Notes under the pieces: generated by a model | What the model saw: only the letters and a program-made list of their open reading frames with translations | What the model was told of the DNA's origin: nothing | The model's database searches: none | Position numbers and translations under genes: made by a program | Shown: positions 1 to 12,399 of the stretch, one piece after another | How positions within the stretch are numbered: the stretch's first letter is position 1 | How the letters are laid out: each line of letters begins with the position of its first letter | Source: Lama glama | Taxonomy: Eukaryota | Length of the DNA stretch: 64,000 bases | Assembly (NCBI GenBank): GCA_028534125.1 | Contig: CM052816.1 | Span: 25,050,001 to 25,114,000, forward strand | Direction of reading: 5' to 3'

Positions 1-300
1 TGCTTTCTGAAATGCAGCTTGATGTCTAAAATTCCATAATTCTCCGGTTAATACTCTCTGTTTTATTTTTCTTCTCTTTACATTGTGTTTAGATTCAAGA
101 CAATCATAGTTTGTATATATTAATTTTCTAATAAGATGATAAATATGCACCTCTCAGGACTATTTATATAAATTACATTTACTAATTTGATATTTAACAT
201 TGTATTACCAAATATCCTTTGAAATGCCAACTAAATTTTAAGGTTTTTCACTTCTAAATTCTTAATGATTAAAATTTCCAACATTAATAAACTGTTTCTT

Positions 301-1070
301 CTTTATTGAAAAATAGTTGATTTACAATGTTCTGTTAGTTTCTGGTGCACAGCATAGTAAATCAGTTATATATATATATATATTTATATTCTTTTTCAAA
401 TTCTTTTCTTTTATAGGTAATTACAAGCTATTGAATATAGTTCCCTGTACAATGCAGTAGGACTTTGTTGTTTATCTATTCTGTACATAGCAGTTTGTAT
501 CTGCTAGTCCAAAACTCCTAATTTATCCTTCCACTGCCCTTTCCCCTTTGGTAACCATAAGCTTGTTTTCTATGTCTGTGAGTCTGTGTCTGTTTTGTAA
601 ATAAGTTTATTTGTATCAATTTTTCTAGATTCCACATTTAAGTGATATGTGATATTTGTCTTTCTCTGTCTGATTTACTTCACTTAGTATGATAATCTCT
701 ATGTTCATCCATGTTGCTGCAAATGACATTATTTTATTCTTTTTATGGCTGAGTGATATTCCATTGTGTGTGTGTGTGTGTGTGTGTGTGTGATTACTAT
801 AACTTCTTCATCCCATCATCTGTTGATGGTTGCTTCCATGTCTTGGCTATTGTATATAGTGCTGCTATGAACACTGGGGTGCATGTATCTTTTTGAATTA
901 GAATTTTCTCTGTATATATCCTCAGGAGTGGGATTGCTGGATCATATGGTAACTCTATTTTTAGTTTTTTAAGGAACTTCCATACTGTTTTCCATAGTTG
1001 CTGCACTAAATTACTTTCCCACCAGCAATGTAGGAGGGTTCCCATTTCTTCATATCCTCTCTAGCATTTA
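301..1070 (-). mobile_element. 5'-truncated young LINE-1 (cetartiodactyl-type 3' UTR plus ORF2 C-terminus)
   Basis: Begins with the reverse-complement L1 tail 'tagttgatttacaatgt...gtttctggtg'. ORF 797-1045(-) reads [38 protein letters not shown]...KDTCTPVFIAALYTIAKTWKQP, typical of the L1 ORF2 C-terminal domain. Confidence 0.95.
765..792. repeat. (TG)14 microsatellite inside L1
   Basis: Read directly from the sequence. Confidence 0.97.
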
Positions 1071-1794
1071 TCTTCTCATTAGAGAACAAGTTTAAAATAG
1101 GAGACGTACCCGATTTTAAAATGATTTCTTCTCTTGAAAGTTATCCTATAGCAGTAAGGAGTGCGTAAAACGAAAGGCTGTACTCACAAGGTGGGTGATC
1201 TCAGTAACCCCAAACCACAACATATGATAAAGAGTTATCAAGTACAGTGAAGATTAAATACAAGTAAGTGGGCATACTTAAGCAGGATATCTGCTCTTTG
1301 CTGTAGAATTTTGACAAAGCCTATAGTAAGTGGCACTATGGTGCAGAGTACTCTTCACTTATTTAAACCAGTGGAAATGTTTTTATGGTCTGCTCGTTGA
1401 TTTTTTTTTTCAACTGGATTTGTCACAAAATCCTGTAATACCAGAGAAAGAGATACCAAAGGGAAAAAGACACTTGCATGCATATTTGCAGGAAGTTAAC
1501 TATGAGTGAAGAAGTACAGACACAGAAGAGGAAGCAATTTTCTGTATAAAACAGGACTTCAAAGCACAAAAACTATATTCCAGAATGAAAATGGGAAAAC
1601 AATGAAAAGCAATGAAATTGAAGTTTATAGAACCAGATTTTTTAAATGGAAGAAAAATGGCTGAAGTAAAGTCTAATTAAAAGTCACTGAAAGAAGATAA
1701 ATTACTGATATGAGACAGAAGCTTGATGGACAGGAAGAGATATGGAAGGAAAAATTTTTTTTAAAGATCAGATAGTTTTTAAAGTCACAAGTCA

Positions 1795-2575
1795 CGTAAC
1801 TTCTCTTATTCCTGATATTGATAAGTAGTGTCTTCTCTCGTTTTTTTTTTCCCTCCTAGCAAGAAGTTATCAGTTCGTTTTCTCAGAGAACCAACTTTTG
1901 GTTTCATTGGTTTCTCTCTAATGTCTTTTTGTTTTTCACTTCTTTGATCTTATCTTGATTTTCTTTTTTCTGTTTGTTTTGAGATTCATTTGCTTTTTTA
2001 AAAAACTTTCTTTATACTGAAGCTGGGTTATTGATATGAAAACTTTCTTTTTATTCTAATATAGACAGTTAGGGCTGTATATTTACCCCTAAGTGTCACT
2101 TTAGCACCATAACATGAATTTTGATGTTTTGTATTTTTATGTTTATTCACTTGCATCTGTTCATTTCAGAATATTTCTTTATTTCCCTATTGATTTATTC
2201 CTTGACCCATGGATGATGGTGATAGTAATGGTGATGATGACTTCCAAATTTGGGGGAATTTTCTAGAGATCTTTTGTTGATTTTTAATTTAATTTCATTT
2301 TAGTCAGAGAACATAAATTATATAAATTGAATCCTTTAAAATATGTTGAGACTTGCCTTCTGGTTCATAATATGATCCATCTTTGTAAATGTTATGATGT
2401 ACTTGAATAGAATGTGCATTTGGCTGTTGTTGCATGGAGTGTTTGGTAAATGTCAGGTCAAGTTGTTTGACTGTGTCTTCTCTATATTTACTGATTTCCT
2501 GTCTGTTTGTTGTGTACATTATTGAAATAAGAGTATTTAAATCTGACTGCAATTATGAATTTGTCTATTGCAAAA
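1795..2575 (-). mobile_element. Old L1M fragment, ORF2 endonuclease region (decayed)
   Basis: ORF 2304-2552(-) contains RQEISKYREDTVKQLDLT, resembling L1 endonuclease 'RQKISKDIEDLNNTINQLDL'. T-rich plus strand as expected for an antisense L1. Confidence 0.8.
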
Positions 2576-5189
2576 TTAATTCTTTCTAGTGGGAAAAAAA
2601 AGGTTGAAAGGCATCAGTAGCCTATACAAAATAATACCCGTAATTATTTCCTACAAATCTACTCTGGCTTCACTAAATATATATATTCATATATTTTACT
2701 TTTTATCCCTGGAGTTTTCCAGATGACATTTCAAAGAAATATGTCAGTTCCTTTTTTCACACTGAGGTAAAAATGCATGTAATTTAAATTAGCTAAAAAA
2801 TGTTCAGTAGTCTATGAATCCATATCAGTTACACTTGGCAACTTGGGTGCTGAACAAACTATTTGTTTTATCTGGTCAAGCAGCAGTTTGAAAACTGGTT
2901 GACATGGTGATAATATTTCTGTTATGCAATTGATGTATCTAAAAGTAAAGTTGCAATGAATGAAGTTCTTTAAATCATCTTTCTAATACTCTTTTCTCTG
3001 AAAAGTCACTTATATATTTGTGTCTGCCTGTTTCAAATTCTGTTTAGTAATACTCATATACAACAAATCAATAAGGCCTTTTCGTCTCTTTCAGATAAGG
3101 ATACACTATTTATATGATTAAGTATTGAGGTGAACTATGATGCTGATCAAAAACCCCCTTTTTCATTAAAGGAACTTGATTTTTATTTGTTAAATAAAAT
3201 ATTTATACATAAAAACAGAGAAGTAGATCTATACATGAAGATGAGATATGCTTTTAACCTGTGATGCTGCTAAAGACTTCTAAGGATTAACTAGAGATAT
3301 TTCAGGTCAAAAGAGCAAAGATTTACCAAAGCACTTTTAGCAGAAGCACTGACAAACAGAGTTAGACTTGAACTTCCCAAGTTATGATTACCAACAAGGA
3401 GATTACATTTTGACTATGAAACGTAGATTTTCAATAAATGCAGTTAAAAGTAAAATTATTTCTTCTTACCTATAAATTTATGAATGACAGTCTTTATCAC
3501 AGTTACGTATAGTAAGCAATGAAATGACAGATTATATAGTAGTCTTTAGTTAAAAGTACTTTTGTATTTTTATTCTAATATAAATAAGTAAAATAAATCA
3601 TTCTCTATGGGAATAAAACTCTAAGGTAAACATCTAAAACTCTAAAGGGAAAGATTAAAGAATGAAAAGGCTTCCATGAAGATAAATTTATTCTCAATTC
3701 ATTTTACGGGATTATAGAGACTTATTTGGCTAAAGTATAGCATATTTTAGTGTAACATTTTGGATAAAGCCTCATATTATGACTATACCATGAAAAGAGA
3801 CTAGAAACAAAAATGACCAAATGTTTGCATTTGCTTTACATCAATATTGGAGTGGGATAGCCACCTCACAGTGGAATTCTTTATCCCTCTGGAAGTGTAG
3901 GGTGTGGAAATATCTTTCCTAAATGGTGAGTCTTAACCATACAATGTTCCTGCACCTCAGGTTTTCAACATCCTGTGGAATTCATCCCCAAACCATACAT
4001 GCAGTGCTGATTTTCTTAACAACGAGGCCATTTAAAAGTTCAGTCTCAGTACCTGACTTTGCAGTAACAAAATCTCTGTAAATATTTCAGCAAACAAATT
4101 TAGAAAAAGGAAGCTGAATTTATGAAACATGCTTAAATGTAACATAATTAATCTTAACCAAGTAATTACTTTAAAAATGATGTGCAACTCTAATACATTT
4201 GAAATATTAAATGAGTTAAATTACAAAGTTTAAATTTAACCATATTTGTTAGGAATGTGCTAGCTTAAGTAAGTTAAATGTGCTTACTTAAATAAGATAC
4301 AGTTCATCATGATGACCACATGCCTCTAAGCTGAATCTTGAAATAAAATGAACACTGTTTGTTTGGATCTCAGGATATCACTCTTCCTCTGCAAAGCTTC
4401 AAAAATTTGAAGAAATAAAGCAAAAATGTACCATGGGGCCAAAATATTGCTTGTATCAGTGGGAGAGTGCAATGGAGGACATGGCTCAAAGTAAGCTACA
4501 TAGGGTTATCAGCAGATCTCTTCAGGGTTAGGCCATCTGAACCAAGGTCCCACCAGTACTGAATGGGGGCAGACATTTACACCACGCCCACTGCCCAACC
4601 CCTTCCTTTCAACAGAGGCCCAGAAGAAGGAGAAAATTGCTTTCACTCTAACAACTCTCAAGAGAGAAAGGAAGTTGGTCCCATCTTGCCACATTTTTAT
4701 TCCCAGATACACCAGTCAGATAACATATTCCACCCCTAAAATGGGAGTGCACTGAGGGGAAATCTTTCCTTGTGGAAATTTGAAGTGGGTCCTATAAAGA
4801 TATTATTTTTAAATTTTCTAAAAGGACATAAGAGCAGGTAAGTAATATTGATGAAAGAGCTGTCCAAAAGGAGACTGATAAAAGTTACTTCATTTTCTCT
4901 CCTGGTGGGTGGCTTTATAGATTAAATGAGCAAATGTCCTTAATACATATATGTAAGAAAAAAGCAATGGATGAGGGTAAAATTACACATTATAAAAGTT
5001 GAAATATAAGCAAAAAATGGGCAAAATGAATTGTTTTGGGGTGCACACTTAGGGGATGCAATTACAGAGGAAAACAAAGACATGTTTAATATTCCTTTTT
5101 GAAACTGGTTTTGCTTTTGTGAAGAGAGAAGGGGTTGTGACTGGACCATATACATGGTGGTTCTTCTGAGATGTCTGGAGAAGTTCTTT

Positions 5190-5500
5190 CTTTATTCCTT
5201 ACACAGCTGAGTCCTTGTCAGCTTTTAAGTTCAGCCTGTCACCTTCTCAGGGAGATCCACCATGACTATCCTGTTTAAAATAGGCATTTGTTGTTAACTT
5301 CTATCTCAACCCTTTCTTTCCTTCATAACATCCTTTATAACTAACAGTTCTTTCATTTACGTCTGTTTTGTTTAGTTTTTTGTCACTCTCATTTTCTAGA
5401 ATGTGCACTCCATGATGACAGGGATTGTTACGGTGTCACTGATGTATATCACAGAATTGGATATATAATTGAAACTTGATACTTGTTGACTGAATGAGTG
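5190..5500 (+). mobile_element. L2 3' end fragment
   Basis: 'tctagaatgtgcactccatgatgacaggga...cactgatgtatatc...ttgttgactgaatgagtga' resembles the L2 3' terminus. Confidence 0.65.
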
Positions 5501-5569
5501 ATTGACCTTCAGAACACTGTGACTCTAAAATTTTTGCATTTAACCCCTACATTATGCTGTTATTTTCAG

Positions 5570-5905
5570 CCTCATCTGTTTTCACTTCTTGTCTCCCTTC
5601 CTGGACTCATAATTCTAAGTACATGCCTTTCTATTTTTATTGATCTATTTGCTTTGCTTTGCTTTATATCCTCATAGTATGTCCTTCTGTCATCTGGCAA
5701 GCCCTAACCATTGTTCAAGATTTGGCTTAGGCATAATTTTATCTAGAAAACATTCCGTGATATTTCCTCTTCCTCTATGCTAGATCGGGTAGTACCTTTC
5801 TTTCACGTTCTCAGAATATCCTGGGCATAATGTCTATTACTGCTCTTGTCACAATTTTATGTATTTACCTTTCTCACTATTCACTGAGTAAATGTTGGCT
5901 GAATG
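5570..5905 (+). mobile_element. L2 fragment
   Basis: 'ttcaagatttggcttaggcat...gtaaatgttggctgaatg' shows degenerate similarity to the L2 3' region. Confidence 0.45.
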
Positions 5906-6201
5906 TACATATAAAGACCAACCTATTAATAGAAAGAATTATATGAAATTATCCTAACACTTGAAACCTTTTCAGAGATAAAAATAGGCTTCATAGAAAT
6001 ATTTAGCAAAAGATCTAGTTTATAAGTCAGGACTACTATCATTTCTCTGAGCTAAAATGGAGTTTGTTATTTATGATTATGTCCATTAGTCATTTTAATT
6101 CCATAATAATAGAGTTGCAGACTATAGTGTGACCATCAAAGAATAAAGTTAAAATATAAAAAATAATTAATCTTCAATTTATTTCTAATCACGACTGATA
6201 G

Positions 6202-6620
6202 TGTCAGTTAGGAAACTTTTTGGCTGCAACAGAGAAAGAACTGCATCTCAAACTGGCTTAAAATAGGCTATTTATCTTAAATAAAATAACCCAAAGATAA
6301 GGTGGTCTCCAGACTTATCTGAAGACACTTTTATGAAGTAATCAAGTCCTTTCATCTATCAAGTCTACATCCTTTTCAGGTCAGCTAAGCTGACTTTCCC
6401 CAGGGTGTCAAGATGGCTCTAGGAGCTCCCTGAATCAGGAGATAAAATTTAGAAGAGGAAGAATGGCTCCGAGTCTTCTGTATAAGAAGAAAGATTCTTT
6501 TTCTAAAAGCCTCAAACAGACTTCCCTTTATATATCATTGGTCAGGACTAGGTGACTTGCCCATTCCTAAACTATTCACTGATAAGGGTAATAGTATAAC
6601 AACATTTGGTCTACACTAAT
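6202..6620 (-). mobile_element. Ancient MaLR LTR (MLT1J/K/L-like)
   Basis: 'tgtcagttaggaaactttttggctgcaac...aaactggcttaaa' start and 'tcattggtcaggactaggtgacttgcccattcctaaac' are typical of old MLT1 LTRs in reverse orientation. Confidence 0.65.
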
Positions 6621-8481
6621 TTTCAGGGATGAGAAGGATTAGAGGAATTGAACATTGTGCTCTGTGTATGTCTAAAAACTGTGTTGTGTTGAAAAAATTA
6701 GGAAATAGTAAATTAATAAAATAAATTGAAATGCAGTTGCTTGCTCTTTTACATGTTGTAAAATCCATAAAAATCGAAGTTGAAAGAGAGTGACTATTAC
6801 CTACATCATTGTACTTCTCAGATTTCACAAACATTAAACACACCTGCAGACAAAAGTAAAGATCATAATGGAGAAAGCATTTTGAGTATATATCCAGCTC
6901 CTTGGTCCTAAGTCATTGTACATCCCCAAAATGTAATTAGCTCACTTTCCTGCTGATGAATTTTTATTTTCTCTTTTAACCCCAATTCTAGAGTATCTGT
7001 ACAAGCGAGATGAAAAATAAATATCCTCTTTCTGTGCTTAGAAGGTTTTTCATTTAAGACTGTGGGTGAAAGATACATTATGAATAGTATGGATTTTTTT
7101 GACCTCAGTCAAAGTGACATGCAAGCTTAACCTAGATTCATCTTCTCCTCACATTTGTCATAAATCTCTGACATGTCGATATTCTGTATTTGAATGCCTT
7201 GTGCACATTAGCAATATTGTAAAATCATACTGTATTGTGACAAGGCACTAAATTTATTTCAGAGAAGGTCCATTTTAGCACTGTATGCACTATGAATAAT
7301 AAAGCAAATATTGATTCTAATGACAGATTATTACAACATTAATAATTTAGCTGAAGCAAGGCCTTTTTTTCATTTGAAATTGGAGAGTTGGCTAAAGAAA
7401 AAAAAGGCAGCACCCCAGTTAGTTTTCCTTATATTATAATGATGTTATTTATCATAATTATGTGTTGTCAGTGTACATACATATATGGGTCATACTGAGT
7501 TCAGAAGGACAGACTGGGATAAGTGAGGGAAAGAGAATTAACTCTCACTGTAAGCCCTTTTGTGTTGTACCGTTTTCTTCTATATTGATATTACTTAGTT
7601 TAGTGAATTTAAAAAGCTACATTAATAAAAGATGTCAATTTGCCTCATTGCTTACTTACGTTAAACGATTTTTTATGTTTTCCTTCTATGCACAAATGTA
7701 ATTTTGGCTTCTTTAATTGTATTTTTTATATAAATTTTCCATATTATTAAGATGGAGCAGCGTTATTTCATCTGTCTAGTTTATTGGAGCTTTTTTTAAG
7801 GAATATTTACCTTAAATTGTAAATTTTCACAAAGAAGTAGTGTTAAAAAAAATCCATATACCTTAACATAATATAGTGCATTTTCCTTTCTATACAATAA
7901 AAGCATGTAGAAACAGTGTAAAATGGTTCTACACTTATCGCATTGATGATAATGGAAACGGATGCTTTTTAAACCATGAAAGTGTCTTTACAGTGCCTTG
8001 AAATAGCCAATTAACTTAACTCCATTTTGGCTTAAGTGGTTTGATAAAACACAGAATCACTCCGTCAGTCCTTAGAAATGAACTCTTGCTCCCTAAAGGT
8101 TAATGCTCCATCCTACTTCGTGGAATTGAATGGTTTCATCTGTTTAAATATTAAAGCAAGATATATATTTTAGCTAGCATTTTACTTAATTCTCATTTAT
8201 GTAAAATGCAATGAGAACAAGCTTGTTATGAAAATAAAATGATGTAATAAATAGTTTCATTATGGGAATATTCTGTCCTAATATTCATTATGGGAATTTT
8301 CTCCCTAAAATAAGACAGTATATGAAAGGATGTAGTAGATATAAAATACAGCATTCTGTTTCCATTACTTTATTCCCAGTGTTCAGCAGGATTTAATAAT
8401 CAATATTTTTAAGTTCTCAGCACAAGCTTTGTAAGTCACAGAACACCACAGGGAAGAGATGGCATGAGCAGCAGGAGCAGC

Positions 8482-8484
<3 letters not shown>

Positions 8485-8526
<42 letters not shown>
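8485..8526. repeat. (ATT)14 microsatellite
   Basis: Perfect trinucleotide run read directly. Confidence 0.97.
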
Positions 8527-8527
<1 letters not shown>

Positions 8528-9155
8528 GCTGCTGTAATGGAGCCCTTACATAGTGGCTGAAACTATTCCTTATTTTTAAATGTTATTTCAGTATGGACTA
8601 GAATTTTCCCCTTTAGTATGTTTAGCAGAATTAATATTTCAATGAGCAGAAGTAATAGTCCTAGAGATTTTATGTGCATGAATTCCACCTCTAAAGCCTG
8701 TCCTACTCAGCTACTGCTGTTCACATCGTGTTTGGCCAAGTGCCCAGGGACTTAGGTGCCAAGCAAGGATGCTTTCACCATGACAGTTTTCTCAACACAG
8801 CCACTGTTATCTGATTAGCAGACATAGGCATTTTTGCCACATGCTGATTAATACAGTTGCACCTGGCTCTTATCATGTCATCATAAGGGTTGGAGTTGGA
8901 CTTACTTTTTGTTTCTCCAGACTGCTGGCCATTTAAGTTCATGACATAATTTGACAACAAAGTCTTCTCAAGAGGTCACCTGGTTCGGGCTCCTGCTTCC
9001 AGGTTTGCCAATAGTTAACCATTGAAGATGAATGGATTTCTGTTACTTTTAAAAATAAGTAGTCTATTGGTGATTCCACAATATGTAGCTAGCTTCAGTA
9101 TTTAATCAATCTTATAATTTCAGTGGAGTAGGATGACTGTTAAAGGGAACACAAC

Positions 9156-9179
9156 TTTTTTTTTTTTTTTTTTTTTTTT
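9156..9179. repeat. Poly(T)24 tract
   Basis: Read directly. Confidence 0.95.
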
Positions 9180-9542
9180 AGAAATTGCTAGTTTTGTCTA
9201 CCTCTACTCTTAAATGCAACTACAGGCCGCCTTGGAGGATCTTCCCGTATCAAAAAGAATAATTTAAATGGTCCCTTTACTTGCACCAGTTTACTAGCAC
9301 CAGTTGTCCTAGAGCCTTTACACCCATTGCGCAGGTTGTTGGGCGGCAATGAAAAAAATGCGCACAGGGAGGCCAGAAGCCACCCATTGAAAGGAAACTA
9401 CTTGCTGCCTCACTTTAAAAATTTTTTTGGAAGTGATTGAAGATTCTTGATGAATTGGAATCTTCCAAAGTGAGATCAGATGGTAGAAATAAATAGCCCT
9501 CTCACGTGACAAAGAAATTACCACAGGCAGAGAGGGAGCCTA

Positions 9543-9599
9543 TTTATGGGCTGAGTTGTATCCCCTCAAAATTCATAGGTTGAAATCCTAACCACCCGA
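9543..9599 (+). mobile_element. MLT1B-like MaLR LTR, 5' part
   Basis: 'ttatgggctgagttgtatcccctcaaaattcataggttgaaatcctaacc' matches the MLT1A/B 5' end. Confidence 0.8.
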
Positions 9600-9969
9600 A
9601 ACAAGCCACAGTTGTTTTGATGCCTACAAAGTTATAGATTATTATGTGCAATAGTGTTAACTCCATTCTCCTTAAAGCCAGTTCTTGGAATTGTGCTAGT
9701 CATAGATTTAGCCCTGGTGGAGATGGAGCAGCTATGTCATGGCTCCAGTCTTGTCATCATGCAGTTAGCTTTTTCCTCCTGGTGGCAGTCATGGTATCTG
9801 TAAAACAGCTCAGGGATGTGCATCAGACAGTGAGTCTATGGCTCTGCTGTCCTAGTCATCAACTGCTTGAGCCCGCTCTTCTGTGACTCAGGGAGGCCTG
9901 GGAGACTTTGGCTTTTCTACAAATAAGAGGCAAAGATTGAGGGGCCCTGCAGGATCCTGCTCAGTTCCA
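9600..9969 (-). mobile_element. MER41/LTR39-like cetartiodactyl ERV1 LTR fragment nested in MLT1B
   Basis: Minus strand starts 'tggaactgagcaggatcctgcagggccc' and contains 'ctgatgcacatccctgagctgttttacagatac...agccatgacatagctgc', resembling artiodactyl MER41-like LTRs. It interrupts the MLT1. Confidence 0.65.
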
Positions 9970-10172
9970 GACAGGTATGGAGGGATGACCATGTGAAGAC
10001 ACAGTGAGAAGACAGTCAGCAGTGAGCCCAGGAGGGAGTCCTCAGGGGGAACCAGCTCTGCCTACACCTTATTCTTGGACTTTTAGCCTCCAGAACTGTG
10101 AGAAAATGCAGTTCTTCAGCTTAAGCTCCCTAGTCTGTGGTCCTTTTTTACGGCAATCCTAGCAAATGCATA
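9970..10172 (+). mobile_element. MLT1B-like MaLR LTR, 3' part
   Basis: 'gaccatgtgaagacacag...ttggacttttagcctccagaactgtgagaaaat...ctagtctgtggtcc...ggcaatcctagcaaa' is the MLT1B 3' half. Confidence 0.85.
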
Positions 10173-10534
10173 GTTGGCTAACAGTCTGGAGTCAGTGTGA
10201 CTAGCCAGACTTAACACTGAGGTGTTCAGGGAAACATGATGTAGCTGACTTTGGAGAGCTCCTCAGGCTCAGTCACGCCAGCACAGTGGGTATCTTTGGA
10301 AGGACTCACTGCTTGAGAGTGAAAATAGGGTCTACGTTGGCCTTAGGTTGCCATAACTGAGCATGGTGTTGAGGAGTCCTCTTCCTCTCCTACCTGATCA
10401 AGAGAAACTATTTTCAGACCAGCCATAGTGGTGTAGCCCTGCCTCTGAAGGGTGGCATCAACTGGGACAGGACTCCTTGCCTTGACGGATGAAGGTGACA
10501 GGGCCTTCTCCAGTCTTCCTCCACCTCAGGTATC

Positions 10535-11178
10535 AACACTCATTGAGCATTTACTTTCCACCAATGTTGATCTAAGCATTGTGTGTACATTTCATGTTCA
10601 TAAAATAAAATAGGAAATAAAAACTGTTTCATATGAAGAAATTAGTCACAGAGAGAGCACTCAAACTGGGATAATTTGAGTTTGTAGTTGTCATTCTTTC
10701 TTTCTTTCTTTTTTTTAACAAAAACTATTTACAAAGATGTGAAAGGAGAGTTGGGAATCAGCAAGGATAGGGCAGTAGTCTCAGGCCAAAATAACTGAGG
10801 AGGAGCTATTACCAGACAAAGATACAGGTACAGAGAGTGTTCTAAGAATGATTTCATGATTTCAGCAGGGACAGCCAGCTAAGGCAACACCCACTGTTGG
10901 GATGAGAGGTAGCAGGAGAATGAATATCCTGACTATTCTCTTCGTATCTTCTGCAGTCCTCCTGAGTTTCCTCATCGGCTGAACCCAGTATCTAGTCTGC
11001 ATACACATCTTACATAAAGGTCATTTTCTCAGGGGAAAAGGGAATGGGGAGAAGTTTCAAGAATGGAATTGGAGGGGCAAAGAGAAAGGTTAAGACAGTT
11101 GCTTGGGGTCACACAGCTATTAAGTGGGAGAGATGGAGTTTGAACCCAGTAGTTAGGCTGTGAAGCCCATATTCTGAT
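10535..11178 (-). mobile_element. MIR split by an ancient LTR-like insert (about 10655-11080)
   Basis: MIR pieces 'cattgagcatttact...ctaagcattg' and 'ggtcacacagctattaagtggg...tttgaacccag' flank about 430 bp of LTR-like sequence ('actcaaactgggataatttgag...actattttacaaag'). Confidence 0.55.
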
Positions 11179-11444
11179 GTTGTCAGCAGTTGCTTAGAAC
11201 CGAGAGTTGCCATCCTCCAGCAGGCAGTGTGGAACTCTGTGCCTGGCACAATAAGCTCTTGGGGTCTGTGGGACCCTGATTTTCAGGCTTTTGGCTATAA
11301 CCGCAGCTGTAATCAGCTCTTCCTCGTACCATAAATGCTTGTTTGGGACACTATTGTAGAACAGGAGATCCTGGAAGAGAAAAATCACATTTCATGATAG
11401 GCTCGATGGATGTAATCTGCTTCAGGCCTGAAAATAAAAATGAT

Positions 11445-11580
11445 ATTTTATGTGTACATAATGTATACTTCGATTTATATGAAGTTTAAGAGAAGACAAA
11501 TTCATCCATGGCGATAGAAATGATTGCTTGTTAGGGGGCTGACTGGGGAAAGGCATGAGGGAAACTTCTGTGAAGAGGGA
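11445..11580 (+). mobile_element. L1ME-type 3' UTR fragment
   Basis: 'atttatatgaagtttaagagaagacaaattcatccatggcgatagaaat...gactggggaaaggcatgagggaaacttctg'. Confidence 0.65.
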
Positions 11581-12399
11581 TCACTTTTGTCATCAGCCAA
11601 ACTCTCATTTCCTGCTGTTCAAGCCAGTTTTGCCTTAACAGGTGCTCTGAAAAGAGCAACACTTGCCACTCAATAGAGGTTTCTGTGTCTGAAGTTACTA
11701 AGCCACTGTGAAGCTGACTTTCTCCCTGGATAGGCAACTTCACCTCCTCTGAATATTTTCAATATTTAATTGTTCTGATTACCTTCTCTGGACTCTTCAA
11801 TTTTTCCCAAATCCTTTTAGACATAGATAAATTAAATCCTGCTATAATAAATAATCCTCATCTAATCAATTAATCTTGAGCCCACAATCTGTAAATTAGT
11901 GTAAGTTCTTACTTCCCAGTTCTTAAATTTTCATGTCTGTTGACATCACCGAAAATCATTAAATACAATATGTAACTTGCTTTTGTTTACTTTTACTTTT
12001 CAGTTGACTTCAAATATCAGGGCCTCTTCTGCCACATTTGCCTAATAATTAATTTTATGTTGTATAGAATTCTAATATTTATTTCTTTACAGCTTGTTTA
12101 GTCTAATAAACTAATAAGATTTGCACTATAGTGTATTATAGTAGTCAATTATTTTATCAGGAACTTATGATTGAGAACTGTGCTAGGTGCTCAATAAACA
12201 ACTAAATAAAAATAGCAGCTTTAAACACATATAATTAATTTGAACACTAAAATGATAAAAACAGTAGTCATCTTCAAGCAAACCATTCATTACTTTCTCT
12301 TCTGTGTATATGGCATTGTTCTAGGAGAGAGATATAGCCCTGGTCCTCTCAGCTTTATTTTCATGAAAGGAAGGCCAGTTTACCTACCACTGACCTAAG

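Noticed and set aside
11194..11388. Minus-strand ORF behind a good acceptor (tttttctcttccag at about 11371)
   Set aside because: No recognisable protein and no clear donor; it runs into a MIR.
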